From IMG/VR virus record IMGVR_UViG_3300035670_000116: DNA of 64,000 nucleotides; one strand, given 5' to 3'. The notes under the pieces are model-generated. The model made no database searches. It was not told the origin of the DNA and worked only from the letters and a program-made list of their open reading frames with translations. Origin of the DNA: an uncultured virus (IMG/VR IMGVR_UViG_3300035670_000116). Lineage: Duplodnaviria; Heunggongvirae; Uroviricota; Caudoviricetes. A program made the position numbers and the translations under genes. How positions within the stretch are numbered: the stretch's first letter is position 1; every line of letters begins with the position of its first letter. Below, one piece after another: positions 57,201 through 64,000 of the stretch.

Positions 57201-57866
57201 TTCATTACCCCAGAGGATTTTGCTGATGAAATGCTCCGTGGCATTGATCCCACAAAAACACCAGAGCAATGGAATGAAGTTCTCCAGCGCTTTAAAATCA
57301 CTGATTTCAAAGGCGGCTTAGACGAACTACGTAATTACATCATTGAAACCCTCCGTGGCAACTCAGCTCAAGAGATTCGAGAGCAGATTAAATTCCTAAA
57401 CGAGAAAAGAGAAAAACCAACTCAAGAAATTCTTGGTATCACTTACATTCCCAAAGAAGGCGATTACGTTCCAGGTACTCCCAAGGCAACGACTCAGCTT
57501 TATGCCATCTTCCAAAATGCTGGCTACAAAGGAACAGAAGATGAGTTTTACGAGAACATGTTCCCCGACCTGGATCGCAGCGAACAAGTTCTTCTTACCA
57601 GGGCTGGCACTGGTGAGGGCTTAAAGATGGAAGGATTTGATTTCCGTGATCCCTTTGGAACGCTAGCCAAGATGGAAGGTTTCTTCCCAGATGAAGAAGG
57701 ACTTGCCTCTTCTGATATCAGTGAAGCTACCAGATCTTCTGTTGGAGAAAGTTTTTATACAAGGTATCTTAAACTCAAAGATGAGGAAGAAACAAAGAAA
57801 GAAGTCAAAGACACTGTTACCGGCGATTCTTTCCTTTCGGAATACAAATCTCTCTTTAATCTCTAA
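54285..57866 (+). CDS. 1193-aa putative virion protein with repeats and Asn-rich coiled coil
   Basis: 4-aa T(N/D) repeats, NxxLNxxN heptads, two FDPxxY...H(Y/F)xxxG modules. Confidence 0.75.
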   Translation: MPLKSMVGFDDSPGASGSFGLVNDYAAAKAQGFSDADIRFYLENQYKGVINQGMLSKLQDSSWGVIPFDAFGSEEVDKNNPYQFQNPSPPQVQYTSGGGIRYNAKTKTWSVGQEKTDYRTNYPTNAPTNRKTDYPTNLNSNNPLPNFLPTDLPINLSTTLKTDHKTDYRTDFPTNLTKQVTKYRNAWNPRGGSYRTSYKETVDDTDANNANRQKNEENARLNEQNRNLNATNARLNVENAATNTRNYETNLRNSQQNLEIQKERNRITELNTKNANINSQNTQLNNTNRQLNYEARRLNENNAQLNQENTQINRENTALNNLYSKTVSIASSTRGGDYVNQRDQITYDSLLQAGMSLSDAKQAIGNILPQFKLFYQTEKLVPWDSSLGAQPPYGTFDPLYYRGQNPTVDAAWQRAVAIDDIDITERYGQNNYFWQHYTNIGRSQGLRGNKEEDLVAAQRYVEEALTDQEIQTIRDLQLGVDTDTITQRLLNVPEVSNEWTKARQGDSYWKQLAKEKYLDVNKPEEFAVLFRLSERPEDKQIILTYNINAGSGITELEDAINTAINTKKTVEIKKFAALNQTILKDAIAEMKKQRGRQEMMEFFRGFEGFTEVMDINQEIANSILGDTGVGGILSITSGKKGEESLLNSLQNVTGMRNNVVYNWQQWFDQSIKEKYGIDYSLFEPLEEKRDIINAFLDATEKAYDPSKSEFSSKFLNEAGFDSTQSLLDFLGKQGPEGQTILTAIQGDPGDSSKLTLQPILSRLEADIKTMDESKNRGLALAYSTGADTGMMNIEAQYARNYIDEYLIPRFNTSKSMDEFIEMLDVQQNERNPFEITDIDRTLKKLGELQSQVYLDQVKQQGPRGFDPNFYFNPTGDRSRATQYANQKKTVEEDWEAAKNDDPYWAAQVYRFGIDVNNKAAFARMHFEVKGQGKGYDAADDITNASKVQDFISMNVMPILEKEADKAEVIFGTFITPEDFADEMLRGIDPTKTPEQWNEVLQRFKITDFKGGLDELRNYIIETLRGNSAQEIREQIKFLNEKREKPTQEILGITYIPKEGDYVPGTPKATTQLYAIFQNAGYKGTEDEFYENMFPDLDRSEQVLLTRAGTGEGLKMEGFDFRDPFGTLAKMEGFFPDEEGLASSDISEATRSSVGESFYTRYLKLKDEEETKKEVKDTVTGDSFLSEYKSLFNL

Positions 57867-58165
57867 TGGCCGACAAAAGAAAGAAAGCTGCGGCGGCGGC
57901 CAAGATAGCGAAAGACAAGATGGCCTGCAACAAACCACGTCGCACTCCTGGCCACCCCACCAAATCACATGTCGTCAAAGCCTGCAAAGGCGGCGAAGAG
58001 AAGATCATTCGCTTTGGCCAGCAGGGTGTGGAAGGCGCTGGAAAAAATCCAACTACTGCCAAAGACAAAGCAAGGAAAAAGTCATATTACGCAAGACATA
58101 ATGCCCAAGATTCGAATCCCGACATAATGTCTGCCCGCTACTGGTCGCACAAGGTAAAGTGGTGA
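57866..58165 (+). CDS. basic DUF5754-like protein
   Basis: KIIRFGQQG...RKKSYYARH...SARYWS..KW. Confidence 0.7.
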   Translation: MADKRKKAAAAAKIAKDKMACNKPRRTPGHPTKSHVVKACKGGEEKIIRFGQQGVEGAGKNPTTAKDKARKKSYYARHNAQDSNPDIMSARYWSHKVKW

Positions 58166-58183
58166 CGCCAATTCATTTTCATC

Positions 58184-58309
58184 ATGGCAAAACCCAAATC
58201 ATCTGCAGCTGTCAAGATTGAGTCCAAGCCTAAGAAAACACGTCAAGGCCAAGGTCAACACAGCCTTCCCAATCACGGACGTAAAAAAACACGCGGTCAA
58301 GGTCGATAA
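58184..58309 (+). CDS. 41-aa basic peptide (not in ORF track)
   Basis: KPKKTRQGQG...GRKKTRGQGR. Confidence 0.65.
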   Translation: MAKPKSSAAVKIESKPKKTRQGQGQHSLPNHGRKKTRGQGR

Positions 58310-58357
58310 CAATCATATTTTTAAGTTGTGTAATATGGGAGTACTTGTTGTACTCCC

Positions 58358-59011
58358 ATGTCCAATCTGAAGGAGGCTGTTGCCTTAATTCGTAAGTACG
58401 AAGGCTTCAATGAAAAAGCATTTCCTTCAGATGAAGATGGAACTTACACCATCGGATACGGAACTCAGTATTATCCCGATGGTTCTCCCGTCAAACAAGG
58501 CCAGTGGTGTACCAAAGAAAAGGCCTTGGAGTATCTGGTCTCTGAAGTAAAAGCAATTAGGGGGTTGTTATCAGATCTCAAGCTCAAGCTCGACAGCTGT
58601 TCGGAGCAAGCCTTGATTTCCTTCATCCATTCAATTGGATGGAAGCCATTTCTCTACAGCAATGTGGTTGATTGCGTCCAACAAGATGATTGGGCTGGTG
58701 TTGCAGAGGAGATGACGCACTGGATTTTTGATGAAAACCATAGGGTCATTGGTGGTCTGATCGAGCGGCGGCGGGAAGAAGTTGATCTCCTTCTCCGTGA
58801 GATTGATGACAGTCCCTGGTCCTCAACTGAGGTTCTGATGAAGGCATTCCGCAATTACACAGCCGCTTCGCACCAGGTCAGAGCCATCCGCAACCTGGAA
58901 GAGAACATCAATCCTTACGTTCTGGCTGAGTTTGCCAACAGTTTCAAGGTGGATGAGGATCCCTGGCTATTAGTTGGTTCTGAAGAACTTGAATCTGTAT
59001 TTGCCAGCTAG
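58358..59011 (+). CDS. GH24 phage lysozyme (endolysin)
   Basis: IRKYEG...TIGYG...ALISF...GLIERRREE. Confidence 0.85.
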   Translation: MSNLKEAVALIRKYEGFNEKAFPSDEDGTYTIGYGTQYYPDGSPVKQGQWCTKEKALEYLVSEVKAIRGLLSDLKLKLDSCSEQALISFIHSIGWKPFLYSNVVDCVQQDDWAGVAEEMTHWIFDENHRVIGGLIERRREEVDLLLREIDDSPWSSTEVLMKAFRNYTAASHQVRAIRNLEENINPYVLAEFANSFKVDEDPWLLVGSEELESVFAS

Positions 59012-59035
59012 CATTAAAATAGTTTTATTCCGGCC

Positions 59036-59341
59036 ATGAAGGACGCAATGGAGAGATCAGTAGAACCACGGGAGTTTGAGTTACCCCTGGAACTTCAATT
59101 CTCAATGCGCAAGGCCGAAATGGTCGCCAAGGAGATGACCTGGGATGAGCTTTACTTTGCTCTCCTGAATCTCTATCACCAGCGCCTGATGGAATGGCAG
59201 GCGGTTAAGGAAATCCTGGCAGACGAAAACATCAAGCTGGACTTCGACGTACCAACTGATCTGGAACTGGAAGAGTTAGCCGCCGCCTGCGCGTTCTACG
59301 AAGACGGCGACGATGATGAGGACGAGCTTCAGCCGTTCTGA
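59036..59341 (+). CDS. nblA: NblA-like phycobilisome degradation protein with acidic tail
   Basis: ELPLELQFSMRK...EMTWDEL..ALLNLYHQRL matches NblA LSLEQQF..R..MS.EQ...L..LY.Q. Confidence 0.7.
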   Translation: MKDAMERSVEPREFELPLELQFSMRKAEMVAKEMTWDELYFALLNLYHQRLMEWQAVKEILADENIKLDFDVPTDLELEELAAACAFYEDGDDDEDELQPF

Positions 59342-59865
59342 ATTTCGTCCAGTTCAATCAAGCGATCCAGATACCACCGTGCCTTCTTCAGTGATTCTGT
59401 CCCGCCTTTATGCTTCTCACGCCAAATATACTTCATGCAGTTTGCCTTGCAGTAACCACGGAATTCTTCGTTGGTTAAAGCCGCCTCAATGGCTTCAATG
59501 CATTCAATGCCCCCATCGGTGTAATGGGACGGATGATTTACAACATCTTCCTGAATCGTTGGGCGACCCTGGATCGTAAAGACGGGATTATCGTTACTTG
59601 CCCAGGGAACTGGGCAGATCCCGTCCTTACACTCACCAAAGTCAATTACATCCGGAGATGGATCGCTTCCTACCGGCGCAAACCACGCCGTTTTAGGGAC
59701 TCCTCCTTCATCTCCTCGGTCGGTCCCTCCAGTTCCAGTACCAGAGTTTTCGGCTTCGGTTGGGCTCCCATCGCTACTCCCTCCTCCGCCGAGGGTATAT
59801 ACCCCGTCAGGCCAGAACGACCCTCCGCCAAGGACAGGTTCTGTCTCTCGTTCCCTTCTTGACAT
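59329..59865 (-). CDS. DUF3310 protein (start uncertain)
   Basis: VNHPSHYT.GGIECIEAI...GYCKANCMKYIWR..KGGTESLKKARWYL. Confidence 0.85.
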   Translation of the reverse strand: MSRRERETEPVLGGGSFWPDGVYTLGGGGSSDGSPTEAENSGTGTGGTDRGDEGGVPKTAWFAPVGSDPSPDVIDFGECKDGICPVPWASNDNPVFTIQGRPTIQEDVVNHPSHYTDGGIECIEAIEAALTNEEFRGYCKANCMKYIWREKHKGGTESLKKARWYLDRLIELDEIQNG

Positions 59866-60014
59866 GCCGCTAATCCACGGTTGTACATGTCATATAAGGG
59901 TACATCATTTTCTTCGTTTGCGAGAGGTTGACCGAAGTCTTCTTCCGTAAGACAACGGGACTTCACTTCATCTTGTACGAATGCATCGAGGAACGATGCC
60001 GCGTTGTGCATCAT
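59670..60014 (-). CDS. hypothetical protein
   Basis: DVPLYDMYNRGL; acidic. Confidence 0.6.
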   Translation of the reverse strand: MMHNAASFLDAFVQDEVKSRCLTEEDFGQPLANEENDVPLYDMYNRGLAACQEGNERQNLSLAEGRSGLTGYIPSAEEGVAMGAQPKPKTLVLELEGPTEEMKEESLKRRGLRR

Positions 60015-60050
60015 ATCAAGTACTGGGACTACTTCTTTTACAATAATACT

Positions 60051-60431
60051 ATGGCAAGATTCTTCGATCCCACTTACGATCCCAGGCAGGATTCTGGTAG
60101 CTCAGGCTCAGAAATTAGCGACCTGAATCCAGAGCGTGGTTACGATACGGACTTACGTCGTGTCGAAGAATCAGAACGTCCTGACATTGAAGCAATCAAT
60201 GATGATCAGGGGCGAATCCGTCGTTTCTTCAAGGCTGCCAAGACGGCAAATAAATACCGCCAGAAGGCTTCGATTGATGAACCCACCATTCGTGGTGAGA
60301 TCCCCAGGTCAGAAGCCGTTATTGACGGTGTAGAACTTCCCAGCCTGGGTGATGAGTACGGCACCGTTGGCAGCGTTGGTTACGCCAAGAAACCGCAACC
60401 CAAGTCAGGGACGTTCTACGGGTTCAGCTAG
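60051..60431 (+). CDS. hypothetical protein
   Basis: ATG just after TACAAT (possibly leaderless). Confidence 0.6.
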   Translation: MARFFDPTYDPRQDSGSSGSEISDLNPERGYDTDLRRVEESERPDIEAINDDQGRIRRFFKAAKTANKYRQKASIDEPTIRGEIPRSEAVIDGVELPSLGDEYGTVGSVGYAKKPQPKSGTFYGFS

Positions 60432-60640
60432 TTCCAGTTCTCGCTGAAGTCTTCTAGATCCAAGGCGTCCTGCACTTGGCCCAGCATATCCTGGAGCATG
60501 TTGAGAATCCAGTTCACGTTCTCGGCACGAAAACCGATTAGAGCACCGGCCAGTTCTTCGTTCTTCAGGAAGACTACTTGATCTTCCAGGATCTGCAGGA
60601 TGTCAATCCTTTGCTCAAGGTTTGTGCGATCCATGCTCAT
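60428..60640 (-). CDS. hypothetical helical protein
   Basis: Coupled to dcd. Confidence 0.6.
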   Translation of the reverse strand: MSMDRTNLEQRIDILQILEDQVVFLKNEELAGALIGFRAENVNWILNMLQDMLGQVQDALDLEDFSENWN

Positions 60641-61224
60641 GCCTTCGAGTAGACGACTTCTTGGGCCTGGTTCTGGTACTTACCCTTCCGATCCTGGTAC
60701 GAGACCTCACAAGGAGTGCCACGCAGGAACAAAAGTTGGATGATGCCTTCGTTGGCGTAGATGCGGTTGAACTGGCCAGTGGCGTTGCTGATCTCTAGGG
60801 TTAGGTAGCCCTCCCAACCGGCCTCTGCCGGGGTGATGTTGGCGATGATTCCAGAGCGTGCGTAACTGCTCTTGCCCATGGCAATAACGGTCACATCCTG
60901 GGGAAGCTTGAGCCTTTCTTCTGCAACCGCCAGGCAATAGCCGTAAGGGGGAAGCAGGAAATACTTACCCTTCTCGTCTTCTAACAGTGCAGATTCCGAA
61001 AGAATCTTGGGATTGAAATCCTTGGGATCCGACACACCCTCTTGGATGCGGCCAAAAATCAAGCATTGCTTGGGCGAAAGGCGGATGTCGTATCCGTATG
61101 AGCTGAGTCCATAGCTGAGAATCCGTCGCCCATCTTCTTCATTAACGAGACGATCATTGAATGGTTCGATCATCCCCTGTTCCAGGGCAAATTTCTTGAT
61201 TTCGGCGTCGCAGAGGATTCCCAT
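60637..61224 (-). CDS. dcd: dCTP deaminase
   Basis: SYGLSSYGYDIRL, GKSSYARSG, TPAEAGWEGYLTLEISN, YANEGIIQ. Confidence 0.93.
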   Translation of the reverse strand: MGILCDAEIKKFALEQGMIEPFNDRLVNEEDGRRILSYGLSSYGYDIRLSPKQCLIFGRIQEGVSDPKDFNPKILSESALLEDEKGKYFLLPPYGYCLAVAEERLKLPQDVTVIAMGKSSYARSGIIANITPAEAGWEGYLTLEISNATGQFNRIYANEGIIQLLFLRGTPCEVSYQDRKGKYQNQAQEVVYSKA

Positions 61225-61257
61225 AGATCCCAGTAATCGTCTTTAACTATACCGAAC

Positions 61258-61845
61258 TCAGTAGATAACGCGGCCAAATTGCTCGTATGTTTCAATGAAT
61301 TTCATAGTTGCTGCCGCAGAGCTTGTTTTGGGTTGCAGATATACCACAAATGAGCTGCAGGTTTTGTGCTCACCGATCCCCTCGCTGGTGTACTTGATCA
61401 GGCGTGGCACCGTCTTTAAAAAGCAGATGGGGAAGTCAAAGATTTTCTGCTCGTAACGAATCATGTCAGGACAATTGGTGAAGTAGATGGCCTGCTCTAC
61501 CTCATCCGCCAGCCACTTCTTGTAGAGCTGCCGGAACCACACAGCGTGAGACGACACCAGGGTTGGAGATGAGGCCCTGGTCATCTTCCATTTATCCAAC
61601 TTCTTATCGAAGAAGTAACAACCGCTTGGTGGAAAGAGATATACACGTCCAAACCATTGCTGGGCATTCAGTCCATCTTGTTGCGGACCAAAGAATTGCC
61701 CTGCTTGTATGTATTCCTGCGCAATTTTGGAACTGGCGGGATCAAGGTCGATACCACCCATCACAATGTTTGCCGCTTGAACAAGTTCGGTGGGCGTGAT
61801 TAGTTCAAGATCTTCACGTCTGCCCGTGACACGACGAACGGTCAT
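61258..61845 (-). CDS. phage Dam-like N6-adenine methyltransferase with altered catalytic motif
   Basis: TP...GGIDLDPASS...DGL..W.GRVYLFPPS; NPPY replaced. Confidence 0.65.
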   Translation of the reverse strand: MTVRRVTGRREDLELITPTELVQAANIVMGGIDLDPASSKIAQEYIQAGQFFGPQQDGLNAQQWFGRVYLFPPSGCYFFDKKLDKWKMTRASSPTLVSSHAVWFRQLYKKWLADEVEQAIYFTNCPDMIRYEQKIFDFPICFLKTVPRLIKYTSEGIGEHKTCSSFVVYLQPKTSSAAATMKFIETYEQFGRVIY

Positions 61846-62234
61846 GCTGCGTCCACAACCTTGTTGTAGTCTATTTCCAAATAGCGAATGCCCTGGTCAT
61901 CATTGATGATGTAACCAGCCTTCTCCTCTGGATCAATCTTTTGAGCAGCTTCCAGAATCCGGCGGAAAGTTTCAACCAGATCGTGGTTGTTATCACGCTC
62001 AAACGATTCTTTGGCGCTGTTTAGTTCTTCAAGAGTCATGTAAACAACACCCTTCTCCTGCTTAGGTTGAAAGCACATAACCCCTGGGCCTTCCGCCTGC
62101 CAAAACTTGTAGTAAAGCGAACCCATATCACCGAGAATGAAATCAACCGTCTGGTTGAGCATCTTGGCCTTGGTTTCGTCTACCTCACCCTGCAACGCAG
62201 CGTGAATCAGCTTCTCTCGACGGTTCATTTTCAA
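61842..62234 (-). CDS. hypothetical protein
   Basis: Tiles in operon. Confidence 0.65.
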   Translation of the reverse strand: MKMNRREKLIHAALQGEVDETKAKMLNQTVDFILGDMGSLYYKFWQAEGPGVMCFQPKQEKGVVYMTLEELNSAKESFERDNNHDLVETFRRILEAAQKIDPEEKAGYIINDDQGIRYLEIDYNKVVDAA

Positions 62235-62685
62235 TCAACCCCTGGCGAACAAGGGACTCTAGGAGTTTAGGAAGCGGCTTATAAATGACAACCAACTTGC
62301 CAAGATTGCCGCGTTTCTTAACAAGTTTACCGGTTTCGTCACGGAGCTTGTCAAACTCACCAGACCGAATGAGGTATTCGGCCACGCAACGCAACCTACG
62401 TTTTAAGGGTAGCTCTGCCTGGGGGAACTTACCACAAATTGTGTCTGGTTGCATATCAACGAATGCCAAACGCAAGCGGTTCGCCAAGGTCATGCCCGAA
62501 TTGGCGTCTTCTTCTTCATAATTCCGTACGTTTTCCAGGTAACGACGCAAGCATCCGTCATCGAACGATCCCGAGGGCGGAAGAAAATCCTCAACTTGCC
62601 GGAACAAAGATTCGGGCAATAGTTGCGAACAGTTCTCAACAGTAATCGCCAGCAGGTCTACTCCCTGGAAACGGTTGGGAATCAT
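62185..62685 (-). CDS. hypothetical protein, possible winged helix
   Basis: RRLRCVAEYLIRSGEF then beta hairpin. Confidence 0.6.
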   Translation of the reverse strand: MIPNRFQGVDLLAITVENCSQLLPESLFRQVEDFLPPSGSFDDGCLRRYLENVRNYEEEDANSGMTLANRLRLAFVDMQPDTICGKFPQAELPLKRRLRCVAEYLIRSGEFDKLRDETGKLVKKRGNLGKLVVIYKPLPKLLESLVRQGLIENEPSREADSRCVAG

Positions 62686-63089
62686 TCCAATTTCTCCTGC
62701 GTCGTCTGGTACTTCCTGCCATAGAAGTCAGACAGATCAATCTCTTTGTTTTTGGAAAAAGACATCACCAGTTGGTTCCAGGGAATCCGAATTACTGCTT
62801 TTTTGCCAGAGTCCGGGGCGACGTTGACGTAGTGCAACCCTTCCGTCCACCCCTTCTCAGGTTGCTTTCGGCCAACAGCAATCCAGTTCCTGATGGTTTG
62901 ATCCGACACGGCGAGCCTGCGGGCACATTCTTCAGTAGATATGTACTCATCAGCGAACGCTTGTGGATTCATACGGTCGGTTTCCTGCGTTTGATACCGG
63001 CTGTGCCACATGGAAGCCAAGATGTTTTTCACACCCTTTAACTCATGGGCAATATCTTCTAAACCCTTTCGGATTCCAAATGTTGCCAT
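62682..63089 (-). CDS. excisionase-like HTH protein
   Basis: YISTEECARRLAVSDQTIRNWI...EGLHYV. Confidence 0.75.
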   Translation of the reverse strand: MATFGIRKGLEDIAHELKGVKNILASMWHSRYQTQETDRMNPQAFADEYISTEECARRLAVSDQTIRNWIAVGRKQPEKGWTEGLHYVNVAPDSGKKAVIRIPWNQLVMSFSKNKEIDLSDFYGRKYQTTQEKLE

Positions 63090-63110
63090 CGTGTCAAACG
63101 TTTTGTTTAG

Positions 63111-63515
63111 ATGCTAGTGTGTGGGAAAACATTTTGCATCACCATGGAAGATCAGGTTCCTTCCAGTACTCCGCCGCAGTTTTCTGATTTGAAGAACCCT
63201 CCGATCCCTGGGGGGATAACACCTGAGCTTTTGGAGCAGATGAAAGCTCGTGCTCGGGAAGAAGCCATTCGGATGACCATTCTCCAACAGCAGGCTGCAG
63301 CTCAAGAGCAAGCGGACTATCCCAGCGGACAGCCAGAGGTTCCATCCAGGTTTCAGTTTCCACAACAACCTCAGGTTGTGTATGTGCGCCGGAACCTGAC
63401 GGTTGCCGAACTAATTTTGGTTTTTGCCCTGTCTTGCGGTGTAGTCACAGGGCTACAAGCAACTTGGAATTTTGTGTCCAATAACCTGCCGAGGATTGAA
63501 ATCAAAGCCCGGTGA
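63111..63515 (+). CDS. membrane protein (start probably 63144)
   Basis: P/Q-rich N-terminus, RRNLTVAELILVFALSC TM. Confidence 0.65.
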   Translation: MLVCGKTFCITMEDQVPSSTPPQFSDLKNPPIPGGITPELLEQMKARAREEAIRMTILQQQAAAQEQADYPSGQPEVPSRFQFPQQPQVVYVRRNLTVAELILVFALSCGVVTGLQATWNFVSNNLPRIEIKAR

Positions 63516-63568
63516 GGTTGAACACACTGCGACTATAATTCATTTTATAGGGTTATGTGATTTAATAG

Positions 63569-64000
63569 GTGGCTAACAGACGGATATCTGAGCTACAGGA
63601 ACTCGCAGGTCTCGACTTAGCCGATAACGACCTATTGACGGTTGTTGATACCGGCGAAGTTGACCCTGCGATTAAAAATAAGAAGCTCACAATATCCGGG
63701 ACCAAAGCGTATCTCAGCGTTTTTTACCTTCCCCGTACCGGCGGTACGATCAGTGGATCTATCAACGTTCAAGAAGACGTTGTAATTGGAAGCGGGCTTA
63801 CTGTATCTGGTGATACTTTACTTAATAACTTAAGCGTTACCAATGCGGTGACGTTTTTGAATGCTACGGTTCAAGGCAACTTGACCGTCAGTGGCAATAT
63901 CAGTGGCAATACGATTACCGGCAACGTTGGAGCCTTCACGACCCTCAATGCTGTTTCTGGTAATTTCAGTGCCCAGGTAACGGGTGGCACTTTTACGGGT
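63569..64000 (+). CDS. tail fibre protein, N-terminal part truncated by window end
   Basis: GTG start; ANRRISELQEL...YLPRTGGTISG; TATAAT 63534. Confidence 0.75.
   Translation, partial: MANRRISELQELAGLDLADNDLLTVVDTGEVDPAIKNKKLTISGTKAYLSVFYLPRTGGTISGSINVQEDVVIGSGLTVSGDTLLNNLSVTNAVTFLNATVQGNLTVSGNISGNTITGNVGAFTTLNAVSGNFSAQVTGGTFTG

Noticed and set aside
54285..57866. Tape measure protein
   Set aside because: No Ala/Gly-rich TM or aromatic-periodic repeats and no flanking tail tube or chaperone genes
1..64000. Reverse transcriptase systems, introns or inteins in PolA, TerL or ThyX
   Set aside because: No RT motifs seen and the core genes are uninterrupted at normal length

Overview
This 64 kb window is most of a tailed dsDNA phage genome, very probably a picocyanobacterial cyanophage. 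Host clues are two NblA-like genes, a DUF4278-type gene behind a perfect NtcA box, cyanobacterial-type integrase remnants and a Dps-like gene. The gene set (T7-like PolA, ThyX, Dps, tRNAs, no recognisable tape-measure or sheath gene) recalls S-EIV1-like freshwater cyanophages, which is my inference and not a database result. Layout: 1-5 kb holds small basic proteins, a tRNA/ncRNA cluster, HNH, Dps and virion proteins. 5-26 kb is a mostly leftward early/replication arm (Gp157, SWIM protein, tandem SSB, PolA, GP88, ThyX, NrdR-like finger, tRNA-Leu, PcfJ-like, many small ORFs). 26.1-26.8 kb is the strand switch. 26.8-59.3 kb is a rightward late arm (about 12 kb of low-complexity putative ejection proteins, TerL, portal, scaffold, major capsid, three peptidoglycan hydrolases, a 1193-aa protein, NblA). 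59.3-63 kb is a mostly leftward block (DUF3310, dCTP deaminase, Dam-like, HTH), followed by the start of a tail fibre. The most notable unexplained signals are: a 27-nt covarying pseudoknot repeated six times in front of early genes; two long G-U-rich hairpins with a built-in refolding switch; a circularly permuted M23 peptidase sharing a C-terminal tag with a lambda-type lysozyme; a short helix motif shared by five putative ejection proteins; a 599-nt portal/scaffold overlap; catalytically degenerate integrase and methyltransferase; and a tRNA mimic. All family names come from motif recognition by eye.
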